From Candidatus Endobugula sertula (GTDB lineage Bacteria > Pseudomonadota > Gammaproteobacteria > Pseudomonadales > Cellvibrionaceae): DNA of 57,238 nt. A program made the translations under genes and the position numbers. Below are positions 1 through 10,807 of the stretch, piece after piece. The stretch's first letter is position 1; every line of letters starts with the position of its first letter. Under the pieces are notes generated by a model. It searched no databases. It saw nothing but the letters and a program-made list of their open reading frames with translations, and was not told the DNA's origin. The stretch covers positions 1 through 57,238 of the forward strand of contig MDLC01000015.1 in the NCBI GenBank assembly GCA_001723645.1. Direction: 5' to 3'.

Positions 1-16
1 AGAACATTCTGAATGC

Positions 17-817
17 TTAGGAAGAAAAAGCGATCATGTTTAATCGTTGGCGGTGATCATCTTCAGTGGAATACGCAGCGAGTATATTTCCATTGAGATT
101 AGGTGTAAACACACCATCATCAGTCTCGACAAATATATTTGCAATGCTCGTCTCTTCAATATAAGTATGAGTAGCAGCATCAAGCCATAGTATTGCATCA
201 TACTGATCTTTATTTATTAACGAATTAGGGAGATGGGTATGACTATAATTGGCCGCTGTTTTAGCCACTCCAACACCATTTGGCGCTGTACGCCCGTAAT
301 GCATTTCTACCAGTAAGTTTTGCCCTTCTTCTTTATAGGGCCTTATAAATGGTGCACACAAAACAATAAACTCATATGCATTTGATGGCATTGGGATGAT
401 ATGTCCGCGGGAGCCAAAGACAATAGGGCGCAAATATAATATGCTTGAACAGAATGGTTTATTCCACTGTTCTTCGATTTCAGAGACCAATTTAAGCGCC
501 CGATAAAATAATGACTTATCGGGTGAAGGCATACACAGTCTATTGCAAGAAGTAACTAACCGCTGATAATAACGTTCTGGTCAAAAAAAATAAATTTCTC
601 CATTCAATTTTGTAGCAAAACACCCCTCAAAAATACTTTGCCCATACTGTATTCCAGACGCACCCACATCAATCATTCGCCTTGAGCCTTCACTCAAACC
701 TTTACTTATCCATTTATTATTTTGATGAGTTGCACTATAAGAAAAAGGAGACCAACCTGGCATTGTATGAAACAATGTAGATTTTTCTTTCTTCGGTATT
801 TTTTCTTCTAACTCCAT
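17..817 (-). pseudogene. Fold-type IV (branched-chain/IlvE-like) aminotransferase, interrupted by an in-frame TGA
   Basis: Track ORFs 581..817 and 17..532 share one frame: ...GEIYFF-TGA-PERYYQRLVTSCNRLCMPSPDK... Motifs QSIFEGCFA, LYLRPIVFG, AKTAANY and EETSIANIF fit BCAT-type enzymes. The TGA (581-583) sits where the family has Arg (F-R-P). The C-terminus after GNIL diverges and is short. Confidence 0.75.
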
Positions 818-829
818 GTCTATACCCTC

Positions 830-1300
830 TTACATTACTTTTTTCCATAGGAAAATAAATGGTAAATTTTTCCACATAACTATTATCGCCAATCCTAAAA
901 ATACAGCCAAAGACCCGACTAGTCTTATCGTACTAAATTGTTCACCCAATAAAATTGTTGCCAAAGTCATAGAAAAAACGGGAACTAATAATGTAAAAGG
1001 AGACACTATAGCCACAGAATATTTTTTAAGCAATTTACCCCATATAGCAAATGCCCAAATTGTTCCACATAAACCAGTATAAAGAAGTACACTAAAGCCT
1101 TCCCAGCCCATATTTTTAACTGCAGAGAATTGATCCTCTTCAAATATTATAGACAGTATTAAGAGTGGTAATGGAGGAATAACGCTAGCCCAAACCATAA
1201 GCCTCATTTGATTTGATGGCTTTGCGCTTCTCATCAAAATTTGTGTAACTCCCCAAAAAAAAGTAGCAAGAAATGCCCAAAATATATCTACTATCTTCAT
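830..1300 (-). CDS. EamA-domain (DMT superfamily) membrane protein, single 5-TM domain (half-size or truncated)
   Basis: 156 aa with about five hydrophobic helices. FWG motif near the N-terminus and a LLGE..S....G tail, typical of EamA repeats. Usual family members have two such domains. Confidence 0.6.
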   Translation of the reverse strand: MKIVDIFWAFLATFFWGVTQILMRSAKPSNQMRLMVWASVIPPLPLLILSIIFEEDQFSAVKNMGWEGFSVLLYTGLCGTIWAFAIWGKLLKKYSVAIVSPFTLLVPVFSMTLATILLGEQFSTIRLVGSLAVFLGLAIIVMWKNLPFIFLWKKVM

Positions 1301-1326
1301 AATTAATCCTATTGAAATCTTATCTT

Positions 1327-2720
1327 TTATCTTCCAGTTATCAACTTATTAGCTTTTATATTTTCATTATCTAAAATCATTTTATGCGGATCGTAAAAAC
1401 GCAATATCTTTAAACCATCTGAAGATCCACTTAATGAGATTAAGTTACAAGGCTCGTTAGAATGATTAGTAAGCTTATTAATATTTTTATTAGAAAAGCC
1501 AGAAAATCTACTAAGAATAGGCAAATTTTCGAATTTATTTTCAGCAACCATTTCAAGCTCTTCTTTAATCTGTATTATCAAACATTGATCATCCTGATGA
1601 CGCCATGCGAGATATTCATCTAGTCGTTCCATTCCGTTAATAAAAGGGCTGGCTACCATCATATATAAGTTATCTTCCGACAAATCAAAATTGTCTCTGG
1701 CAAATTCCTCGCTTGCTTTTTTTCTATCAAGAATGTCGTCATCGGTTTTGTAAGGGTGCAGAGCGGTTTTTATCATGCTTTCGCTATATGATTTTTTATC
1801 CATTAACTTAGTTACTAATGCCAAGTACTCCTTAATTCCGCAGATATATCCTCTACCCTCAAAGTCAGCCAGCAGACCTCTTAAATGAGCCATAAGCATG
1901 GGATTTTGACAATCTGACTCTGTAAAATTAAATGCATCGTCCCTCAAAGAAAAGCCCAAGAAGTTTTCCATAAATTCTTTATGTGAATCATAGCTATATT
2001 CAGTTTCATCAAAAACCGTAAAATATTGCGGCAGATTAATATTTGCTTTAGCCAAACTAGAAAAAGAGTAAAAATCATTTTCAGCATAATCGCCTTCCAT
2101 GATACTATCATAATAAGCTGTATTTATTTCGCTCAATTTATCAAATAAACCACCCCAGCTTGTATTCTTTTTATCAATTTTTCCTAGACCAAAATCTTTA
2201 CTTACCTTTTGAACCCATGTCCAATACCCAAGAATTTCAGAACTTGAATCTCCCGTAATAACAAAATCTATTTCGCCCTGGTTTTCTATCACATATTTAG
2301 CTATCACATTCATCAAGCCAAGGTTGCAACCATTACAAAATGTCTCTCTTCCATTCTCTTGAGAAAGATGACCAGATATAAGTATTTCCTCTTTAAAATA
2401 CTGGACTAAATCACCTGAAATAGAGCCTTTTTTAACTCAACATAGTGACCACCTCGTACAGCAGTACGCACACTTATATCTGAAGACTCGCGAACTGAAA
2501 GTGACTCAAAAACATTTTCTATATTCTCAAAAACACCTTGAGGGACACCTGGGTGAATCATTATCACAACATGAAGATGAAAGCTTTCCCCGTACTTCTT
2601 TTTTAAGATAAGCTGCATCAATCTTACATAAGCCAGTGTCCATGCAGAGTCTTTTCCGCCACCAAATGGTAAGAGGATATGCGCTTTTTGAAGAGGGCGG
2701 AAATTTGTTAACGACAACAA
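1327..2720 (-). pseudogene. PP-loop (GGGKDS) ATP-pyrophosphatase superfamily protein, frameshifted in an A6 run
   Basis: ORF 2406..2720 carries LLPFGGGKDSAW (PP-loop). The frame of ORF 1327..2316 stays open upstream to 2436 (VKKGSISGDLVQYFKEE...FCNGCNLGLMNVIAKY). Adding one A to the coding-strand A6 run (plus-strand T6 at 2428-2433) fuses both into one ORF of about 465 aa. Confidence 0.6.
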
Positions 2721-2891
2721 TTATCTTACGATTTTTCCGCAAGTTCTTTTTGTTCAATACCAATGTTTTTACTTAATTGTAAGTAAGTATATTCATCCGT
2801 AATAGAAAAATTCATAGCAATAATATTGTTTAGTTAAAATTAGCTATATTTATAACAAATTATAAATATAGCTGAAAAATTACTTATTAGA

Positions 2892-3878
2892 TTAAAAAGT
2901 AAATGGGGATTCTACGCTACGATCAAAGAGACAAACATCGGCAATGTTACGCTTACCCGTTATAAATTTAATTAGACGCTGAATCCCTAATCCACCGCCA
3001 GCTGTTTTGGGGATATGATTCAGCTTCGCTAGGGATAAATAATTTTCATAAGGCTCGAAATCCATACCCAACTCCTCCATTCTACGAACAATACTATTGT
3101 ATTCATATTCACGCTCAGCGCCTGATAGACTTTCACCATACCCCTCTGGATAAATAAGATCAAAGTTACGATAGATGCCCACCGCATTCGGATCTTCTAA
3201 GTCGTAAAATTCCTTCTTGAAGCTTGTTACAAAAGCTGGCGCACTAGAACTATTGGTAACTTCCTGACATATTTCGTCTTCACTCCTACTGTCACCAATT
3301 GTTGTAATTCTCTCAAACGGCTCATCCCAATCTAGCAGCTCCCTACCTAACAACTGCAGTTCACTTTCACATTGGGCTTTTACAGCCTTAATGGTATGCT
3401 TAAATAGCATTTCGACAAAATCCATTACTTCATGCATGCTGGCATTTTGTATTTCCATGTCAAATTGAGAAAACTCTAATAAATGGTTTGAGCTTGATTT
3501 AACTTTCCTTTTTTCTAAACGAATATTTGGTGAAACTATATATAGTTTTTCAATACTTGGAGACATTAAGGCTAACTGCTTGTGAAAAATCATACTTGCT
3601 GTCAACTTCAGATTTTTTTCTTCGTACTTTATATCTGCCGAATAAACTGAATGATTCAGAGGATCTGTAATTGGAGATAGCAAAAGGGGCATAATTTGTT
3701 TAAATCCATGCTGATTGGCATAATTTTGCAGCTCAGATAAAACAACAGATTGAATATGTTGTATGGCTCCCACTTCATAGCCCATTTCACCTAAAAGCAA
3801 TTGCATGAATATAAGATTCCGGCTGTGACTATCAGACGGCAAAGTCGTTAGCACAACAATACCTTTATGTTTTTGCAT
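2892..3878 (-). CDS. Class II aminoacyl-tRNA-synthetase-like catalytic core (AsnA/AspRS/AsnRS type, no anticodon-binding domain) preceded by a ~40-aa B12-binding-domain fragment
   Basis: Motif-2-like NHLLEFSQFDMEI and motif-3-like GGGLGIQRLIKFITG. SPNIRLEK and GESLSGAEREYEY also fit AspRS/AsnRS cores. The N-terminus KGIVVLTTLPSDSHSRNLI..GYEV resembles the start of glutamate mutase S (DxHxxG region) and then stops. An alternative upstream ATG lies at 3908. Confidence 0.65.
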   Translation of the reverse strand: MQKHKGIVVLTTLPSDSHSRNLIFMQLLLGEMGYEVGAIQHIQSVVLSELQNYANQHGFKQIMPLLLSPITDPLNHSVYSADIKYEEKNLKLTASMIFHKQLALMSPSIEKLYIVSPNIRLEKRKVKSSSNHLLEFSQFDMEIQNASMHEVMDFVEMLFKHTIKAVKAQCESELQLLGRELLDWDEPFERITTIGDSRSEDEICQEVTNSSSAPAFVTSFKKEFYDLEDPNAVGIYRNFDLIYPEGYGESLSGAEREYEYNSIVRRMEELGMDFEPYENYLSLAKLNHIPKTAGGGLGIQRLIKFITGKRNIADVCLFDRSVESPFTF

Positions 3879-3888
3879 GAGAAATTCC

Positions 3889-5148
3889 CTATACCATATT
3901 GAAATCATATTTGAATTTATTAAATGAAAGCATATTCAGCAGATCGGAGGACGATAGCAGTTTCTTTTTTTTATAGATGGTGTTTTTAAGGTAATCTGGA
4001 AAGGGTATCTTCCCGACTTCCGCCCATTGAATACTGCCTGCATGGTCAACCCAAGAGCTTGCCAATTTTTTATTGTCATTGTGTAAACAGTACGGGATAT
4101 CTAAGTAACCTTTTTTAAAAGACAACTCTATCGCGCTGCCTATATCAGATGATGTATTCAATACGGCGCTAACAATTGATCTTGCCTGCTGAAAAATAAT
4201 TTCACTATTCCAATGAATTTTAGACTCTTCAACAAAACACTTCTTATTTTCTGCATTTGAAGCCCACTCTATGGCCATGACATTATCTTGTATTGATGGA
4301 ATACCATGCGCTTCTGATGCAGTTTTTACAATTAATCGAGGTATACCTGCCCGCTTTGCAATCCATGTACTATCCTCAATAATGGATTTTGCACCTGACT
4401 CTGTTGCAGGGAACATCCCCATAAATGTATACATAACTATATGCCAAGTAGTGGGCTGCAAAAATTCTTCTGCTAGTAACTGTAACGCAGCTAGAGCTCC
4501 TAAATCCTGCTCCAAATTTGACCCTTGCGCATAACTCAATGAAACTGAGGACACTCCATTGGCCTGCATAAACATGCATTCCAAAACTGTTATGGCAACA
4601 AGCATTGATGGAGGGCATAACTGACCAAGTAAACAACCGCCAAAAGACTCGATATGCAGAGGACGCGTACTTGTTGAGTTCTCACCGAATAACTGACAGC
4701 TTTCCGCCCAAGCTTTAACACTTGCTTTCAATGGCTCCCTACCATAAGGCATACAATATGATATTGGTCCTCCTTCAGTTGCATCTAAACCCATTTCTAA
4801 AATAGATTTAAAAATTTCTATTGGCTTTGCACAACCATGCCGAACCTGTATAGAAAAATCAGAATCAAAAATACCGTCAATAAGCGAGGCATTTTCATTT
4901 TTTTCAAAAGAAACTATGGGATAACCATTCAACTCTTTTTTCATTTCTACTGCTTCTTTTGCTGTAGAAAATTTTAACTGCCTTGTAAAGCTATCTATGG
5001 TTATAGTTCCTACGGTAGAGAACCCACAATGCTTAACTGCCAATAAGCCTGTCCTCATTTGCTCCGGCGATGAAAAAACCATCCTCGGCTGAAGCAAAAG
5101 GTGACCCTTCTCAATAGCCGCAGTTATAAAGTTATGAAAACTACTCAT
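3889..5148 (-). CDS. Methylaspartate (glutamate) mutase E-subunit-like protein
   Basis: Colinear blocks recalled from clostridial GlmE/MutE: QPRMV.., TIDSFTRQ, LNGYPIV, RHGCAKP, EGGPISYCMPYG, CPPSM, FMGMFP..ESGA, LIVKTASEAHGIPS. Confidence 0.75.
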   Translation of the reverse strand: MSSFHNFITAAIEKGHLLLQPRMVFSSPEQMRTGLLAVKHCGFSTVGTITIDSFTRQLKFSTAKEAVEMKKELNGYPIVSFEKNENASLIDGIFDSDFSIQVRHGCAKPIEIFKSILEMGLDATEGGPISYCMPYGREPLKASVKAWAESCQLFGENSTSTRPLHIESFGGCLLGQLCPPSMLVAITVLECMFMQANGVSSVSLSYAQGSNLEQDLGALAALQLLAEEFLQPTTWHIVMYTFMGMFPATESGAKSIIEDSTWIAKRAGIPRLIVKTASEAHGIPSIQDNVMAIEWASNAENKKCFVEESKIHWNSEIIFQQARSIVSAVLNTSSDIGSAIELSFKKGYLDIPYCLHNDNKKLASSWVDHAGSIQWAEVGKIPFPDYLKNTIYKKKKLLSSSDLLNMLSFNKFKYDFNMV

Positions 5149-5604
5149 TTGGTCAAGTCTCTTTTACTGAAGCATTCGTAAACGGGCTAATCCAGACAGT
5201 GCTTAATTCAGAATTCTTATTTTCTGATCACTACTAAAGCGATAAGCAGTTTTTTGGCGCAAAAATAATTTCTTTATGGTATAGCGCTATCAAGTAGTAA
5301 TCTTGCATTATTCTATTCCTTTTCGCTCAGGCGAAATTTGCTTGCTGTATCGATAAACCTTATTTGATATTTTATACCACACATACCAAAACATTCAGTC
5401 AACTATACTGTGAGCACTTGGATTCAAACTGTTATAGATCTTATCTTCTTTGGATAACAGCCAATTTCTACAAGCACTCTTAGCTAAAATATTCTAAATA
5501 CTGTACTCTGAAAATACTTTAATGTCTTCCACCTAAACCATGCTTTTATAAACTTAGAGCAGCAGAGCGCATTATAAACAGCCCCCCAATCGTACGATTG
5601 TTAA

Positions 5605-5754
5605 AGCTGAGAGTGTTTGTTTAAATCAGTTTTGAGAATCGTCCTGAGAGGAGCGATATCCTATCCACAACAAGTTACCTGCTCGCACGACCATTAGCTG
5701 GGAGCTATTTGTTTAAATCAGCTTTGGGAATCGCCCTGAGAGGAACAACATCCC
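5605..5754. repeat. Two tandem copies (91-bp period) of a ~57-bp element in the intergenic region upstream of the mutase-like operon
   Basis: Copy 1, starting at 5605: agctgagagtgtttgtttaaatcagttttgagaatcgtcctgagaggagcgatatcc. Copy 2, starting at 5696: agctgggagctatttgtttaaatcagctttgggaatcgccctgagaggaacaacatcc. Confidence 0.8.
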
Positions 5755-5991
5755 AAATACACCAATGATTTGAGAACATGCTAATACAATTATTTATCGT
5801 ATTACAACTTCTCTTTTATGGAAATTGATATACATCACAGAAAATAAAATTATTTTTGTTCACAATAACAATGCGGTAAACCCAATTTTATTATATAGAT
5901 GAAAAATTCTTTAATAATAAATAATGGCGATAAATTCAATGAAATATGCCCTGCTTTTTTTTGCTATTGCCTTATCGTCTTGGCTAATTGC

Positions 5992-6291
5992 TTATTCAAG
6001 TAATCCAATAATGTCTTTTGGGAGATAATCTTGCGGATTGTTATAACCAAGCGTGTAGCCACTCTTCTCATCAGGCCAATATTTTATATTATCTTTTTTG
6101 ATGGAATAGATAATTGTATTATGTAATCCTCACTCTACAAGTTCAACTTTATAGCCTGCTTGTATCAGCACTGATTGCACTTGTCATGTTTCAATTTGAC
6201 CATCACCATTATTAAGTCCAAATTTATTAAAGGCTTCTTCCCATTGCCATTCATAGGAGCCTCCACAATTATCACATTCTGATATGGGCAT
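5992..6291 (-). pseudogene. 100-codon reading frame with two internal TGA codons (unknown small protein)
   Basis: Hand translation: MPISECDNCGGSYEWQWEEAFNKFGLNNGDGQIET-TGA-QVQSVLIQAGYKVELVE-TGA-GLHNTIIYSIKKDNIKYWPDEKSGYTLGYNNPQDYLPKDIIGLLE-TAA. Apart from the two TGAs the frame is uninterrupted. Confidence 0.4.
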
Positions 6292-6618
6292 GATTTTATT
6301 CCTTTCCAAATTTGTAAGTAATGTCATGAACCATGTACATAACGATGATTGCTGACTGCATCCAGTTTTTTATCTGAAATCCGGCATGGTTGATTGGTGA
6401 CTTGTATCGTTCCATACTTCAAACGTACAACACGGACATAGGACGATTTAAAATTGGTCGGATCATGGTCAATAACAACCTCTATGATCTTTCCATTTTC
6501 ATTTCCATCAGGAGTTGATCGTAGTGTAATAAGTTTCATGTCTTTCCCTATTGTTTAAATGATGCGACATTGCATCTTTGAAACCCGCCCAATTAAACGG
6601 GTTTCTACAGATACCATC

Positions 6619-6795
6619 ACGTATCACTGGTTGTCGGCACTGTTGACGCATGGGTATTTCCAGCGCTCTTGGCGTATCAGGTAAGCGAATAATAGGTTCA
6701 AGATAGCGATGGTTAACGCTGCGAATCTCGCAGCGTAATGTTCCCCAGGAAGCGTGTATTTCTTCACAAGCAAAGCCTGTCATACTATTTGGCAT
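6619..6795 (-). pseudogene. yicC: yicC N-terminal remnant
   Basis: Within ORF 6508..6858, MPNSMTGFA...EIRSVNHRYLEPIIRLPD matches the YicC-family N-terminus. Similarity ends after about 60 aa. The position, divergent from rph, matches the enterobacterial yicC-rph arrangement. Confidence 0.6.
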
Positions 6796-6914
6796 AGAGA
6801 ACCATTCTGCAGGTTGGTATTTGAAAACCATTAACCACAAAATAATAACACAGCACATCGACTTTTTGCGGTAAACTAGGCGTTATTTTCCCCATTATTA
6901 TCCGTAGGTTTATT

Positions 6915-7643
6915 ATGCAGCGTCCCAGTGGTAGAACCGCAGATCAAACTCGCCCTATCCGTTTAACCAAAAACTTTACCAAACATGCCGAAGGCTCTGT
7001 TCTCGTTGAATTTGGTGATACCAAGGTTATTTGTAATGCCAGTATTGATAATAGTGTTCCCGGCTTTTTACGTGGGCAGGGTTCAGGGTGGATTACTGCA
7101 GAATACGGTATGTTGCCACGCTCAACAGGTTCACGTATGGGACGCGAGGCAACGAGGGGCAAACAAACTGGACGTACCATAGAGATACAACGCTTAATCG
7201 GTCGCTCACTACGTGCAGCAGTCAATCTCAATATTCTTGGTGAACGCACAATTACTATCGATTGTGATGTTATTCAGGCGGATGGAGGTACACGCACCGC
7301 TTCTATAACTGGTGCTAGTGTTGCTTTAGCAGACGCATTGCAACGCTTAGTAGCCAATGGTACGTTAAAGAGTAATCCGCTAGTCCGTATGGTTGCTTCC
7401 ATCTCCGTAGGTATCTATGAAAATGAAGCAGTATTAGACTTGGACTATCTGGAAGATTCTGCTGCTGATACCGATATGAATATTGTCATGGCCGATGATG
7501 GCGGGATGATTGAAATTCAGGGTACGGCAGAGGGGAAGCCATTTAGTGAAGCTGAATTTGCGCAAATGCTGGCTTTAGCGAAGAAAGGCATTCAAGAATT
7601 GCGGACGCATCAACAGGCCTGTCTTCATAGTATGTCTGGATGA
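6915..7643 (+). CDS. rph: Ribonuclease PH
   Basis: [36 protein letters not shown], and the [19 protein letters not shown] motifs. 242 aa. Confidence 0.95.
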   Translation: MQRPSGRTADQTRPIRLTKNFTKHAEGSVLVEFGDTKVICNASIDNSVPGFLRGQGSGWITAEYGMLPRSTGSRMGREATRGKQTGRTIEIQRLIGRSLRAAVNLNILGERTITIDCDVIQADGGTRTASITGASVALADALQRLVANGTLKSNPLVRMVASISVGIYENEAVLDLDYLEDSAADTDMNIVMADDGGMIEIQGTAEGKPFSEAEFAQMLALAKKGIQELRTHQQACLHSMSG

Positions 7644-7699
7644 GTGAATTTAACCGAACGTCAAACAACCGGGAATAAAGCATTATAAAAAAACGGGAC

Positions 7700-7951
7700 T
7701 TATATTCCCATATTTTTCAATATTTCCATCACTTCGCGAATAACACCTGCGGCTTGTGGGTGTTGCCACTCTATATCCTTCAATAACAGATCCAGCGTTT
7801 CTTTAAAATCAGAGCCGACAGGGATTTCTTCGCCGGAATAATAAGTATAGTTTTTTAAGCTATCCATCAGTTGCTGTTGTTGGGGACTGGTGAAATCATC
7901 ACCAAAGCGTTCATGCAAGCTGCTGATTAAGTTTTCGATAGACTCTGACAT
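7700..7951 (-). CDS. Small acidic hypothetical protein
   Basis: 83-aa ORF with an ATG start between conserved genes. No family recognised. Confidence 0.5.
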   Translation of the reverse strand: MSESIENLISSLHERFGDDFTSPQQQQLMDSLKNYTYYSGEEIPVGSDFKETLDLLLKDIEWQHPQAAGVIREVMEILKNMGI

Positions 7952-8032
7952 AATATATTCCTATTAAATAAGTAATCGTTATCAAATACACACAAGCATG
8001 TAGCAACTGCCTCTTTAGTCATCAGTGCGGCA

Positions 8033-8881
8033 TTAGCTCAATAGGGCCTTGGCATGATAACGCAAGTGCTCTTCAATAAAGCTAGCAATAAAAAAGTAAC
8101 TGTGATCATAGTTAGGTTGCAAGCGTAAAGTCAGAGGATAGTTTGCTTCATCACAGGCTTGTTTCAGTGCGGACGGCTGCAGTTGCTCTATTAAAAACTC
8201 ATCGGCTTCTCCTTGGTCTACTAACAAAGGGAGTTTGGTCGTTGCTGTGGCGCTACTGGAAACCAATAGAGACGCATCATATTGTTCCCAATTGCGTTTA
8301 TCGTTACCTAGATAAATACTAAAAATTTTTTCACCCCAGGGGCATTGTGTAGGGTGACAAATAGGGGAAAAGGCTGAGACGGAACCATAACGGTCTGGGT
8401 TTTTCAATGCGATAGTTAAGGCCCCATGTCCACCCATAGAATGACCACTAATACTGCAACGATCAGTCACAAGGAAATGTGTTTTAATTAGTTGTGGCAA
8501 CTCATCTAACACATAATCATACATATTGTAGTGTTGATTCCATGGTGCTTGCGTGGCATTTAGATAAAATCCAGCGCCAGAACCGAAATCATAACTATCA
8601 TGCTCGCCAGGCAAATCAGTTCCTCGTGGACTGGTGTCAGGGCAAACAATGGCAATTCCCAGCTCAGCAGCAACTCGCTGAGCGCCGGCTTTCTGCATAA
8701 AGTTTTCATCTGTACAGGTTAAGCCTGATAGCCAATACAAAACGGGTACAGATTGGGTTTCTGCTTGAGGGGGAAGGTAGATAGCAAAAATCATATCACA
8801 GTTCAAGCAATCAGAATGATGCATATAACGTTTAAGCCAACCATCAAAAACACGACGTTGAGACAATAAATTCATATTCAT
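8033..8881 (-). CDS. frmB: S-formylglutathione hydrolase (esterase D family)
   Basis: [18 protein letters not shown] and the HDHSYFFI tail. Adjacent to frmA. Confidence 0.9.
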   Translation of the reverse strand: MNMNLLSQRRVFDGWLKRYMHHSDCLNCDMIFAIYLPPQAETQSVPVLYWLSGLTCTDENFMQKAGAQRVAAELGIAIVCPDTSPRGTDLPGEHDSYDFGSGAGFYLNATQAPWNQHYNMYDYVLDELPQLIKTHFLVTDRCSISGHSMGGHGALTIALKNPDRYGSVSAFSPICHPTQCPWGEKIFSIYLGNDKRNWEQYDASLLVSSSATATTKLPLLVDQGEADEFLIEQLQPSALKQACDEANYPLTLRLQPNYDHSYFFIASFIEEHLRYHAKALLS

Positions 8882-8913
8882 AAACCTTTACAGTGGCTTA
8901 GTGAGAACAGTGC

Positions 8914-10035
<1,122 letters not shown>

Positions 10036-10165
10036 TTATTTGCAATAATTAACTTGGATGAGTTTAACAGAAATCGCTTATTTCTGAATGGTACGAACGA
10101 CTAACACTATCGGTAATGCGAGTGGCTCACTGAAAACCATAAGGGTTCCCTTGGTTTTCTGTGCC

Positions 10166-10807
10166 TTAAGTTGGCGCTAATATCTTCGCCATATCTTCTG
10201 TAAATACGGGCCACTCATGCAAGGTATCGCTCCAACCTTGCTGGCGTAATTTAGCTAATGCTTTTTCGGTATTTTCCTGCTTAAAAATATCTTTTTCTTC
10301 TGCGGTCAACGTGGTATTAATCGTTTCCAGACGAACCAATACGGTTTGGTCTAGTTGGTTAGCATCGTTATCACCAATAATCGTGTGTACAATAATATTG
10401 ACGTAGGTATTGTCAGATGGGGCTAGTGGCCAGCAACGTTCTACACGGACTCTGTCATTGAGTTCCTCAAGCATACGATGACATAAATAAGCCCGACACA
10501 GATAAGCATGAACACCAGATAACTTGCTGATCACAATGTGGTTATCAAGAAAACAATGAATTGCCGCTTTGATAAAGGGCGTGGTGTAGATGTCGATGCC
10601 GCTTTTTTCCGCTAATTCATGGAACGCTTGTAAATAGCTGGGAACACTGTCTATATAACGACGAATAAAAGCTGTTAATCTATGCATATCGTCAGGGCTT
10701 GAAGATAACATGGCATAATAGAGACTATCCGATTCTGTCGAGGCAGCTTGCATGGCTTTAATATCATCTGCCAGTTTAGCTACATGAACGAGTAAAGACG
10801 ATTCCAT
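10166..10807 (-). CDS. Hypothetical protein
   Basis: 213-aa ORF. No family recognised. Confidence 0.5.
   Translation of the reverse strand: MESSLLVHVAKLADDIKAMQAASTESDSLYYAMLSSSPDDMHRLTAFIRRYIDSVPSYLQAFHELAEKSGIDIYTTPFIKAAIHCFLDNHIVISKLSGVHAYLCRAYLCHRMLEELNDRVRVERCWPLAPSDNTYVNIIVHTIIGDNDANQLDQTVLVRLETINTTLTAEEKDIFKQENTEKALAKLRQQGWSDTLHEWPVFTEDMAKILAPT

Noticed and set aside
5605-5754. A CRISPR array.
   Set aside because: There are only two imperfect copies, with a 91-bp period, and no cas genes. This does not fit CRISPR architecture.
581-6291. Selenocysteine or UGA-to-Trp recoding as the explanation for the in-frame TGAs.
   Set aside because: Backbone genes in the same window end in TGA. 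The aminotransferase TGA aligns with a conserved Arg rather than Cys or Trp. The neighbouring gene has a frameshift. All of this fits pseudogenisation.
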